Shown in pieces: positions 20,173 through 31,723 of a DNA stretch of 32,000 nucleotides (position 1 is its first letter; every line of letters begins with the position of its first letter). Where the stretch lies: contig NW_008806279.1 of the NCBI RefSeq assembly GCF_000400465.1, positions 296,107 through 328,106 of the forward strand. Reading direction: 5' to 3'. The DNA comes from Wallemia ichthyophaga EXF-994. Lineage: Eukaryota; Fungi; Basidiomycota. Made by a program: the position numbers and the translations under genes. Below the pieces are notes generated by a model. That model did no database searches, had not been told where the DNA came from, and saw only the letters and a list, made by a program, of their open reading frames with translations.

Positions 20173-23100
20173 ATGAAGAGGTCGCACACAGATGCGCCTC
20201 GAAACAACCGTCAGCGTAAGAATATTCTGACTAGGACATTCACAGTCCAAGGCCCCAAAGATCCAAGAGTCGCTGTTGATGAATGGCGCGGCGTGAAGAA
20301 GAGTGATGATAGCAAGGAGAATGATGGTAGTGGGAGTGATTGGATTTCATCTGATCAAAAGAAAGACGTCATCAAATGTGCAATCGCTTACACTATTGCA
20401 ACTTTATTCACCTTTAATCCAACATTAAATCGTCTAATAAGTGCCTTAGACTTTAATGACCAATCTAAATATTCCAAAGTGGCAGTGAATGCCCATAATC
20501 TGGCATCTGCTACCGTCTGGTTTAATCCTGCGCGTAGTCGCGGCTCTATGCTACAAGCTATTCTCTTTGCTTTGACTGCTTTAGCATTCGTCACAGTTTT
20601 ATCTTTAGCCGCTACTTTCACGTTGACTTTCGTGGATTTTGATCCGGAAAATGAGTACTGGTCTACAGATATCGATGAATTCATCGTCGCTTTTGTTTGG
20701 ATCGGTATTGGCTCAGCTATCGCCGCTTTCGCTAGACTCAAAATGGCCAATCAGACGTTCAACTCAGCAGCGACCATGTCTTGCATTGTTTTCTACTCAG
20801 TTGTGGTAAACAATGGCGGTATAGCCAGGCTAATCCAGTATCTGGGTATGGCGATGATTGGTATTATCATCTCATCCACCGTCTGCCTCTTAATCTGGCC
20901 GAAAAGCTCAACAAGTGCACTGCGAAGAGATCTCAGTGACAGCATGGATAGTTTTGCAATGCTATTAGATACACTGTTCTCCAATTTCACTCAAGACGGC
21001 GAAAAGCCACTCGATAAAGATGCTTTCGATAAAGCTGTCAAAGCGCACGACGAAGCTTTTGTCACTTTGAAAGCTGAGCTCCCACACGCCCTTCGTGAAA
21101 GATGGTTGAAAGATCAGCGCGTTAACAAGAGTCAGATACGTCAAACATACAAACACGCAGTGGAAGCTATCGAACGTTTAGCTCAGCATTTGACAGGGTT
21201 TGTGGGGTATACTTAGGCAGGCTGGTTAGCTGACATTATTTACAGATTGAGAAGCTGTCTTAATATGCGTGATGAGATGATGCTTCAGGATGAAAGCTTC
21301 TCAAAAGCATTCCAGACAAGCATTGACATAGCAAGAAAACCCATGCAAGAACTTACGGTGGGGTATAATATTAAACTCTGGATTATGGCTAACTCACTTT
21401 CAAGGAGACAACTGTGAACGTGCTGAAAGAAGCAAAGTTGGTGTTCAAACGTGATTCAAACCCTGACGTGCTTACTGAAACGCGCCGCTCTATGTTGATA
21501 GCTAGTGAAAGAATGCAACGTGCAATAAGAAAGTTTGATATTTCTTCCGGTATAGTGCTCGAGTCTTCGCAGCCAGACATTAGAATAGATGTCAAGTCAA
21601 TACAGGAGCCATCGCTGATAACTCAGTTCTATTTATTCAATCTAAGAGAGCTAGCAACAGAGCTATACCACCTTCTATTATTGATAGATGAGATAAGCGA
21701 GCATGATTTAATGTTCGTCTTTAAAATCTCATTGAGAAACTCCAATATTCTTGATGAGAATTATCAAGATGACGAAAGTGTCTTTGACGAGAGCAGCTCT
21801 TATTTCAGCACTAAGCTACAGCGTCCACCAATGTTGCGCAGAAGAATGAGAAAAACTCTATCCAAATTAATTCCCATTGATCCCAGTGAATTTAAGGTAG
21901 ACGATCAATCTAAATACTGGAGAAGCAGTAAGGTTGTTGAGGAGGAGAGTATTGGTTTCCCAGATCGACTCAATCAGATGCTATGGAAAGTACTCAGATT
22001 TAGCAGAAGAAGGGATGTTAAGTTTGCTATTAAAACGGGTGGTGCTTTGGCTATACTCTCGATGCCCTCCTTCCATTCCAACTTACGAAAGTTTGCTATG
22101 AACCTAAGGCTGGAATGGGCGTTGATTAGTTGCTTTGCATCTCTCTCTCCCACAGTCGGACAGACAAATTTCATGTGGTGAGACATACCAAGGTGTGATT
22201 AACACTACTCACAATATATCAGCTTCCAGCGTATTCTCGGTACGCTTGTTGGTGCTGCTGTCGCAGTCATTTCATTCATCGCACTGGGTCATTCACTAGT
22301 CGGTGCTATAGGATTTCCTATTGTCGGCTTGTTTTTCTCGCTTCCATGTTTTTATATAGTTGTTGGATCGAGCAGATATTCTTCGACTGGCCGTTTCATT
22401 CTTCAATCGTACAACCTCGTAGCATTGTACGCATTTAATTTGCGCGAGCAAGATATGAATCCTATAACAATAGCCGCAAAGCGCTCAGCGGCTGTTACAT
22501 TGGGAATTACATTCAGTATGATAGTTTCAAGACTTTGGTGGCCAGTTGAAGCTCGCAAAGAGTTAAGAACTGGACTAGGTGATTTGATTCTAGATTTAGG
22601 ATATCTTTATAACAGACACACATTAGCGCAGTCAGTCTCGCCAGTGCCTTTCTGTCTCAGTCCACAGTCTGTCGATTCGTTCGATCTGGCATCGGAAGCT
22701 GAGCGTGCTTCGGAAACAACAAACTTGCTTAGTCCACAAAAAACAATGATGGGAGAAAAGAGAGAGGAGCAGATATCCAAGGAGTTCATGTCCATGGAAT
22801 TGCACATACAAATACACTTGATCAAATTGCGTAACTTGCTAGCACAGACCAAGAATGAACCCAGAATAAAAGGACCATTCCCAGTAAAGAAGTATGCAGA
22901 CTTACTTGGCTCATGTCAAAGAATACTTGAGGTAATGCATATTCTGGGAATGGTAACGCAGCCGCAGAACTTGTACGCACGACGCTTCATGGACAAATTC
23001 AGAGAAGAGAGGAGAGAAATGGTTGGAAACGTCCTGCTCTTCTTTAGCGTGATTGCTAGTGCACTCTACTCCAAGTCGCCACTGGCACCGTATCTCCCAC

Positions 23101-23427
23101 CTGCTAACAAATCAAGACAAGCACTGATGGATAAAATTCAGGCAGCAAGCTCAACAGCATCGGCGACAGCAGCAATGGCTGCTCAAGCTTCTACTTCCTC
23201 AACGCAAGACTTGGAAATAAACTCAACTGCGTCACATCTTCTAGTTTTTGCCTACGCTCTTTGCATGCGTTCGCTTATAAATGAACTTGAAGTATTGGGA
23301 ACACAGCTGCAGGGCACGTTCGGTGTTATTGGCAATACAGACACAGGAGTGCTTGAATTCGGTAAGTGTTAAATGTCTAATATCAATCAAATTAAGCATC
23401 ATTACAGAGAGAATGTTTGAGGATTAG
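20173..23427 (+). CDS. FUSC-like / ArAE_2 multi-pass membrane protein (YGL140C/Bre4 family); exons 20173-21197, 21246-21357, 21405-22177, 22223-23361, 23408-23427
   Basis: VIKCAIAYTIATLFTF, VWFNPARSRGSM, KFAIKTGG, EWALIS..SPTVGQTNFM|CFQRILGTLVG, WWPVEARKELR, QTKNEPRIKGPFP, RREMVGNVLLFF, SPLAPYLP; four introns keep frame. Confidence 0.88.
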
Positions 23428-23463
23428 TTGCACTAAACCCACATATCACACTAGGAATCACAT

Positions 23464-24017
23464 CTAGTACATCTCGAGCGACATACCTAAACACTTGTCA
23501 GCTCATATCGCGGGATACCCCACCAATAGTAACTTACCATCATTTCTACAAACTGTTAGAGCAGTTTGAGTCAAATAGAAATTCACGTACATTTCATACT
23601 GCAAAATGATGAGTATATTAGGTAAATGTGAATATCTAACTCACGTCATAGAGTGTGATGTGCTGCAATGTGTGAGAGTCTTTCATGGTGGTGTAAAGCG
23701 AGTACGTACATCCTTGAATTCCGAGTACTTGGGTTGGTCAGAGGAGAAGAAACACATCCAAGACAACTCACCCATTTCTTCAGTCTGATTTTCTCGCTGG
23801 GAATAGTCAATACAAATCATATGTCCGCCATGTTCAAACGTACGGCTTGGTGCCGGATTGTGCAGCAATCATCTTCTTGAGGTCACCAACGGTATCGTGC
23901 GAATCGCACTTAACGCGGACCTTTGTGCCGAGTCTATCGTTAGCAATAACCTTGAGCGGGAGCATATAAGCCGTGAATAAGAATTGCAGTCTAGCAGCCC
24001 ACTTCGATTAAGCCCAT
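23464..24017 (-). CDS. HUB1: Ubiquitin-like splicing factor Hub1/UBL5, 73 aa, 8 exons: 24017-24003, 23950-23844, 23796-23772, 23727-23710, 23662-23645, 23598-23591, 23545-23538, 23486-23464
   Basis: Splicing seven GT-AG introns (44-52 nt) gives exactly 222 nt: [73 protein letters not shown], matching the Hub1 consensus (NDRLGxKVRVKC..DTxGDLKK, KKWY, DGMxLE). Confidence 0.96.
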
Positions 24018-24057
24018 TTGGGAGTTTGGGTGCAAGTGAATCTCTTTAAGAGCAACG

Positions 24058-25300
24058 ATGATGATTTGCGATTATTTAACAAAATTTGGCTTTCGTGGGT
24101 GAATTGCTGTTCGGCGTGTGCTGCTGACATAATTCCCAGCGTCAGATACCCCACCGCTAACACTTGCACTGGCAATGCTTGGAGCGACAGTCGCTGGAGT
24201 CACGCTGCTCAGACTGCTCAGCGTGCTCTACGACGTCACACTTAGGAAGGGAATCAGTGTATGCGCTGCCATCTATCCATTTCTCGATTCTGACGTCCAT
24301 CTCCAGTTAAAGAAGTTCGGCGCAGGTAAAGGCAGTTGGGCGGGTGAGTGAGCCTTATTCGCTGTAATCATCTCTTATCGTCTCATTAAAGTCGTCACTG
24401 GCGCCACGGACGGCATCGGAAGAGAATTCGCGTTTCAACTTGCCAAAGCTGGTTTCAATATTGTTTTAGCATCAAGATCTGCTGAGAAATTGGGCGCTGT
24501 TGCTGCTGATTTGGGTGCGTCAATCTTTGTCTCATTGAATTGCTCACAAAGCTCCGTCAGAGTCCAAATACAACATTCAGACCAAGACTCAATCAATCGA
24601 CTTTTCAGCTGGCGACGATAAGTCTTATGAGGCATTCGATAGGTCCATTGAAAGTCTTAACATTGGTGTGCTCGTTAACAATGTCGGTAAATCGCATGAA
24701 ATGCCTGTTCCATTCGAGGAAACTCCACTCGATGAAGTCAAAAGTATAATTGAGATCAACATAAATGCAACACTCCGTGTCACTCAAGCTGTTCTACCAA
24801 AACTGGTTGAGCGGTGAGTGAAATTTTTGATGCATTGCGCCATCTAAAACTGCAAATACAGCAAGAACGGACTTGTTCTTAACATCGGCTCATTCGCAGG
24901 CACAGTACCAACACCATTACTTGCCACCTACACAGGCTCAAAATCGTTTTTGGTCAGCTGGTCTCAAGCCCTTGGCGAGGAAGTCAAATCAAAGGGTGTG
25001 ACTGTTGAATTGGTTAACACCTACTTTGTCGTTTCGTCCATGTCCAAGATTCGCAGACCATCTAAGTTAATTCCTTTACCTGCTACATACGTACGCTCCG
25101 TTCTTAGAAGAATTGGCCTCTCTGGCGGTTCAATTTCAAGACCATACGCTTCTACGCCTTACTGGTCGCATGCAATTGTCGACGCCTTCCTCTGCTTGAG
25201 TGGCTTTAAGAAGCTCGAACTGTGGTACAACCACAAGATGCAAAAGGATATCCGCATCAGAGCTCTACGTAAGAAGGAACGCGAGGCTAAGAAGCAGTAA
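24058..25300 (+). CDS. IFA38: Very-long-chain 3-oxoacyl-CoA reductase (SDR); exons 24058-24094, 24140-24258, 24307-24343, 24392-24514, 24561-24813, 24862-25300
   Basis: WAV|[13 protein letters not shown] (TGxxxGIG), [28 protein letters not shown] (YxxxK), [11 protein letters not shown]-terminal KKQ ER-retrieval signal. Confidence 0.93.
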
Positions 25301-25374
25301 GCAGTAAAGCAACATGCAACAAACATATTCACATTCTTGTCAAGGCAATAATTTACATGATTTAATGCGTCTAT

Positions 25375-27187
25375 TTACAAATCAGTTCCAAATAACTTGA
25401 ACGAGCGTGACCATTCGCCCGTCGCTATGTGCTTTCCGTTGGTTGATATATCAACTGACATTATCTTAGAGTTTTCGCGGATTGCCTTCTGGCATATCCA
25501 GTCGTCTGCACTCCAAAGCTTGGTGTAACCGTCAAATCCAGCGCTAGCTAAGAACAAGCCGTTGGAGTAAGGTTCTTTCACAATAGGTGTCATTTCGTCA
25601 GTGTCAGTGCTTTCGTCCATCTTCACATCTTGAGTGTCGCCTCTAGATCTGAGAATAGGTTCAGGTTGTCTATAGAACTTGACATCTCCAACAGAGATAT
25701 TGTGTGCAGGCATCGACGTTATAGATTTTAACGCTCGAAGATCCCATATCATGATATTACCATCGCCAGACCCAGTTGCACATTGGTAGCTGCACAATAA
25801 GTCAGTTGAATTCATTGAATATAGCCCTTCACTAACCCATTCGGCGAGAAGTCCATTGCGAGAATCTTGTCTGCATGTCCATCTAACACCATGGCAGTCC
25901 TTCCAGTGCGCATATCCCAGGTTCGTCCAATAGCGTCCATACCTGCAGATCCCACCAGCGCACCGTCGTCTTGGAAAGCGAGTGCGTAGACCTCCTTCGA
26001 ATGTCCCTCTTGCAACAGCAGCTCAGTTTGTGTTTCAACATCCCACAATCTCCATGTCTCGTCGAATGATGCACTGCCTACGTATCTACCTGAAGGATGG
26101 AACGCAACTCTTCGCACTTGGTGGGTATGTCCCTTGAGAGTCGCCAACGGTGTATCCTTGTCCAAAGACCACAGGGCGACTGTGTTATCCTGAGAACCTG
26201 ACGCTAAGTTGACGCTTGCTTTGCTCTGACTAAGCGTGGATTCAGGATGCCAGGCAACGCCACCTACTAGGCCTTCATGGCCTCTGAAAGTCATCTGGTG
26301 GTTGCAGTTGGGTATGTCCCACAGCTTCAGGCTGCCAGACCAGCTACCGGTAGCTAACAGCTGGTTGTTAGGTGAGAACTTGACCTGGGATATCGGTCGG
26401 CTGTCGCCAACCTGCGATCCCAGTACGCTGAATGACTGACGTTTTGTGAGTCTCATACTAGTTTATTGATGCACGCACCTTTATGTATTCGAACGTGCGC
26501 TTTCTCGCGTCGATGATTGATTTTAGTGGTGTTTTCCAGTCTTGGCGCTCTATCTCTAACTTGTTTTTTGTACTGATATTATCAGCACAGTAATACGTAC
26601 GAGAAGATTAAACTAACCGAGGTATTGAGTACTCTGCGATCCATTTCCTGGCGTTTAGCAGATCCTGTGGACCGACGGTATAGAACTCCTCTTCATCCTG
26701 GCATTCTCGTTAGAGGTTTAGACTGGTATTGGTATGCGCACCTCCGATTCACTCTCGCTTTCTACTTTAGAGCTTTCGCCAGCCTCTTGCTGCATATCTG
26801 CAATAATCGACTTGAGACGATTCCTTCTGTCTTCGTTCTGCGGTTTTTTGAGCCATTGCATAGAGGGATAAACGAGAACGTACACGTTCACCGAACAGAG
26901 TCATTGGCAGTGCCATTGCTCGCAGCCTCTCTCTAACTTTGGTATCGTCTGTTGGTACTGCGAGAGTCCTAAGCACTTTCCTTCTCTCGAACATGTCCTC
27001 GGAAGCCTGAGCCTCTGCCCTGGCGAGTTCCTGGCCAGTGCCCATTTCGTACTTGTCGTCATAGACTTATAAGGTTAGCTGTGCAGGGTGTATGATACAC
27101 ACACATACCGAGATCGTCGAAATCCTTCATTTGCTGATTAAAGTCAGAAAATAATCAAACCCAAATAAGAAAACTCACGCTGTCCAT
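25375..27187 (-). CDS. PRP4: U4/U6 snRNP WD40 protein Prp4, 7 exons (first two are 9 and 25 nt)
   Basis: AVPTDDTKVRERLR..PMTLFGE (PRP4 motif), EEFYT, SQVGDSRPIS, seven WD repeats (LATGSWSG, GHEGLVGGVAWHP, LKGHTHQVRRVAFHPSGRY, QEGHSKEVY, DFSPNG|YQCATGSGD). Confidence 0.95.
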
Positions 27188-27263
27188 CTTTTTATATTTC
27201 CACCAGTTGATTGAATTGAACTGAGGCGCATCTCGATACGCGTTTCAATTTGACTTCCATCTC

Positions 27264-29891
27264 ATGAGTTCAGATACAGATAGCACGATGACGCCTCCAA
27301 GGCCTACGAAGAGAAACAAGAGGCAGGATTTAACAGCCCCTTTAAACGATTCAGGTTCTCCCGATAAAAGTACTTCCAATGGTTCGCGTAGGCAGTCACT
27401 CATTAGACCGCGCAAATCCCTTCTAGCTGCTGCCGCAACTAATAGGAGGCAGTCTATTAGTGCTGATGGCGATGACGACGCGGCTGAGAAGCGTAGAAGA
27501 CGGAAATCACACTACTTGGATGACGACAGCAATAAGCACTCTCCATCTCACAAATCCAAGGGCGCAAACGTCGGATCACGCGTAGCTAGGCACAAGCTTG
27601 CTACTACTATCGCCCCTCAGCCTGCTGGTAATGCACCCGCTCTAAGTATGGATGTTATGACGACCAACTTTGAAGAATGGATGAAAATGGCCACGGACAA
27701 CGTGCGTGTTTAATTGAGGCGTTCTTACAGTCATCCTGACATGCGATAGAAAATTAACGCGGCAAATACTTGGAATTTCGCTCTGATTGATTATTTTGCA
27801 GACATGTCTCTGCTGAGAAATGACGACAGCCAAAATTCAATCAATTTCCAGAAAGCTAGTTGCACCTTGGACGGTTGTGTTAAGATTTGGACTTCGAGAG
27901 TTGATAGTGTCGCAACTGAAGCTGGCAAGCTCATCAACGGTCTTTCTGCAGGCGGTATGTCTCTTATACTCAGTTTAATCACGCTCTAACTATTACATCA
28001 GGTACTAATGACCGCGAAGAAGCCTCTGAAGATAGAGATGATAGTGACGCTGAGGAGGTGACAGAGAAAGTCAGCAAGAAAAGAAGAGTAAGTCAGCTTC
28101 AGATGAAACTATTCACACTCTGATATATTTCACAAAGGCACCACGAACTGGCTCGACGCTTGTCAATGATTTCAACTCCCTCAAGGCCAAGGAGTTCGAA
28201 CTTGAACTTGCAATTGATCCACTTTTCAAGAAGACTTCGGCTGATTTCGATGAAGGTGGTGCAGGTGGATTGCTTATGAATCACTTAGGTGTCGATGGCG
28301 TAGGCCGTGTTATTTTCGATTCCTCCGACGTAGCTATGGTCGAAGATGAAGACGAGTACAACGAAAATGAGCAGGATCCCCGCATAGACATAGCAGAATT
28401 GCAGTGTGAGTTACTGCATATTCATAGTACATACTAATAATGATTACAGCGAAATTCTTACCATCTATTCAAGAGCTAGATGAAAAAGAAATTTGTCCAT
28501 CTTTGTCAACTTTCAAATTTTCCCTCAACCCAACAGAAGACGATGTAACAGAAAATCCATTTGAGCGACCAGTAACTCCGCTGGAAGATAGAGCGGCAGC
28601 TGAAGACGCCGAAGATGACTTCAATGGTGGTGGTGCAGATATGGCTGACGCGCCTATGGATGACTTCTTTGAGTCGGCAGCAAATGAAGAGCCGGTTGAG
28701 ATTGACGATGACGCCTGGGCAGTTAATCCAAATGTCGCGGCCAATGCAGGAGGCGTTGATGACGATGGTTGGAATATTCCAGACTCGGTCGCTGAAGGTG
28801 GCAATCAGCAACAACAACTCCCGACTTTAAATGATCCTTTCAATCCGTCTGCCGGAGGTAATATGGTTATGTCGTCAGTACCCATTAATTCTGAAGGCAT
28901 GTTTGACTACTTTGATAAGAATTTGACAAAAGGTTGGGCTGGTCCTGAACACTGGGGCGTGCGTCGGTCGGTAAACCGAGACGCCGCCTCTGCACCAAAG
29001 AAAGAAAAAAGCAAAGAGGACAAGACCATCCCCATGATAGATTTTGATGAGCCCACCACCTCGAACAGCAAAACACTGTTTGCACCACCAACAACTAAGG
29101 GAGCAGGATCAGCATCCATATTTATGCCCAAAAAGAACCGCGATGGAGATAACCTTTTACCAGACGATATACATTTCAATTCAAAGCAACTGTTAAGATT
29201 ATTCCTCAAACCTAAGGTATCACTCCGGATGAAATCAGGCAAAATGGTCCCAGCAGGTAAGGGTAATGGCGACGACGCTGGTGCTGATGCTGCATTTTGG
29301 GCTGGTGCTCCTGATGGTATGGAGTTCGACGGTGAACAACCACCAGCTGCACCTCTTGATTCGCAATTCTTCCAAGAAGACGACCTGGATATGGGTGAAG
29401 ATCTTGTCAGTGGTGAGATTGATCCTGGCAATCAGAGCTCGCACTTGAATGAAGATGACGCACTGGCTGAGACACATCTCCAACAATTGAACAGAGTCAG
29501 GCCTGAGTTCGTAAACTATTCCAAGCGCGCAAAGCGTGTGGATGTCAGAGCATTGAAGGACAATATCTGGAATAGCTTGGAAGCCCCAGAAGATGACGAT
29601 GATCGGGAGAATCTACCACCCGGAACAACAGATAACGAAAACAAGGATGTTGGCAAACGGTTCTCGAGTGTCATCGATGGTCTTAAAGCTAGCTATCCCG
29701 CTGAGAAGCTGGATGACTTGTCTACGAGCTTCTGCTTTATTTGCCTGTTGCATCTTTGCAATGAACACAACCTTAACTTGGAGACATTTGCTAAGCACGC
29801 CCTCGAGCCAGAGCAACAAGAGAGTGGATCGGTTGTTGGCTTGGATAAGGTTATGGTCAACAAGCTGGCCAACTATATTATGGCTAAATAG
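27264..29891 (+). CDS. BRN1: Condensin I kleisin subunit (Brn1/Cnd2/CAP-H); exons 27264-27701, 27750-27954, 28002-28087, 28138-28405, 28450-29891
   Basis: DDAAEKRRRR, FEEWMKMATDN|KINAANTWNFALIDYF, NFQKASCTLDGCVKIWTSRVDSVATE, DPLFKKTSADFDEGGAGGLL, WAGPEHW, LLPDDIHF, YSKRAKRVDVRALK, STSFCFICLLHLCNE. Confidence 0.96.
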
Positions 29892-30343
29892 TCGCTATGA
29901 TTTGTAAATCGCAATTTATGTATTTTAAGTAAATATGAGAAGCAATGGCCTCTGCGCGGTGAAGTCCACTAATCATGAATTGCGAGCAACACCGATACTC
30001 TAGGGAAGTTGATACAGATATCCAGTGCATTTGATCGAATTAATTGATTATGGCAGCCATCTTTCTTGTAAACCCCATTACTGCACAATGTTGGGACTCT
30101 TTTATCCAGTCTGATAACTACAAGAGGTGTTCACGGGATAACAGGTTATTTTTATAGCTCTTTGAGTGTTAATGACGCTTAACGCAGTATGAGGTATTTG
30201 ATGGAACTACGTTTGCTCAAATCACTCTGCAAATGCCAAGTCAGACGAACGTAGAGATAATGAATACTGACAATTGGAACAAATGAGCAGAATATTAGTT
30301 CTTAGCAGCTCCGGGATTTTAAGCATATCCCTATAGCAGCACT

Positions 30344-31723
30344 CCGCTCAATATCTATCGAGTTGCATTTCTCGACTATCACCTTTCCTATCTCCATGGC
30401 TGGATTCACGAGTTTTGATGATCTCTAAATAAAAAAGCTTGAAAGATAGCCCTGCACGAGCTCTACATGATATCGCCAGATTTATATCCCTGTGCCTTCA
30501 ATAGCGCCCTGTAGGCTGTTCGGAAGTTGCAATCCGACATCGCTCTGGAGCATGCTATAGGATAGATATGGAGGACTATACGCGCTTCATCGATGGATAC
30601 AAACATCGCTAGCTAATGGAGACTAAAAACACTCAAAATTCAATAGATTCGGCTCTATGTACGAGATTTGGCCATCTGCCGTGAAATAGGTCGGCATGAA
30701 CTGCGAACAGCAGAGAACGAATAATGCGTCAGAGTCAAAGAAGCGAAAAAACTTGTGATAAATAGTACTGCTCAATGATTTAGGGCTATGGTCGCCCTGT
30801 AAAACGCTGAATGACACAGGTGCAGGAGCATTTACTAGCAATCAACAGATTTAAAGTCCGCCTTTAAATTAACATGCCTTTCAGGACTCTAATTTACCTT
30901 TAATTCCTTCATTTGCCCAATATCCACCGACTTTAAATTTACTCCTGTCACCGATCTCATCTCAAATGGTTGATTTACAACTTGTGGTGGTCTCCAAATA
31001 AAAGAACTTGGTTGATAGCTGTGGCCAGAACAAATGTGATTTTGCCAGATTTGTATCCCTGGCGTTCCAAATTGCACCCTGCACGCTGATCGGAAGCAAC
31101 GACCCAAAATCGCTCTAGAGCACGCTACTGGATATTGGCGAAGGATCTCACACGCTTAAACAATGTTAGCAAAATTCGAATTCATAGGCCGCAAGCACTT
31201 AATTTTATAATTATACGACTCTATAAACGCGAAACCCGTTTTACGAAACATGTCGTTCACAGCTATCAAACCTGACACCTGGGGAATACTATTGCTGTTT
31301 CGTCTCACTTGGCAGTTGGAAGAAGAGATTTAGACATAGAAAGTTGGGGTCAGCCCAACTCTGAAATCGGGTTTTTGGCTTCACTAGGTACATTTCAAGA
31401 CGTCACATTGTGGGGTTGTGAATTTGATTAAGGCTGAGTTGGAATTGTGGAAGTTAGGGTGGTAGGAACCCATATTTTTGAGTTTTAGATCATACTCTTT
31501 GCAGCATGTCACATCTAGCTGGACAATTGTAGAGCACATAACTAAGCTAATCATGACAAATATACCCGCAGATTTCTCACAGTTATTTGTTACAGAATGT
31601 TACAAAATTGTCAATTATGCAGCCTGGCGGTGTTATGGTGAACTCGTCATTGAGCATGCTTTTCTCGGCCGGAGATCCCACCTCATCGCCATGCACCAAT
31701 TTACTTGGAGGATTAAATACTGA
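30344..31723 (+). pseudogene. Three tandem degenerate copies of an unidentified coding unit
   Basis: GAGCA(T/C)GCT (EHA) at 30548, 31118 and 31652, all in the same frame. Copies A and B share PDLYP and IALEHA, with 47/63 identical nt over 30502-30564 vs 31072-31134. Copy A has TGG>TGA stops; copy B has a 1-nt frameshift. Confidence 0.6.

Noticed and set aside
2337-24306. Apparent excess of stop-free 3n introns (JmjC 51 nt, Med13 48 nt, RPS24 intron 2 54 nt, HUB1 intron 6 45 nt, IFA38 intron 2 48 nt)
   Set aside because: With about 50 introns of ~48 nt, a handful are expected by chance (one third are 3n and roughly 40% of those lack a stop). No enrichment is evident.
23464-27187. Clustering of two tri-snRNP-related genes (HUB1 and PRP4)
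   Set aside because: They are separated by the unrelated IFA38, and one such neighbourhood in a gene-dense genome is plausibly chance without synteny data.
634-29907. Numerous 60-200-aa overlapping or antisense ORFs in the track (e.g. 3544-3951, 7982-8602, 7934-8332, 28907-29431)
   Set aside because: They are shadow frames of real, often low-complexity, CDSs with no motifs or splice support.
30500-31680. Resemblance of (I/V)(A/V)(L/I)EHA(I/F)G to the PIF/Harbinger (DDE_Tnp_4) R..(I/V)E.AFG motif
   Set aside because: The spacing from R to E is wrong, there is no upstream GDxGY or other DDE motif, and no terminal inverted repeats or target-site duplications were found. Not called as a transposon.
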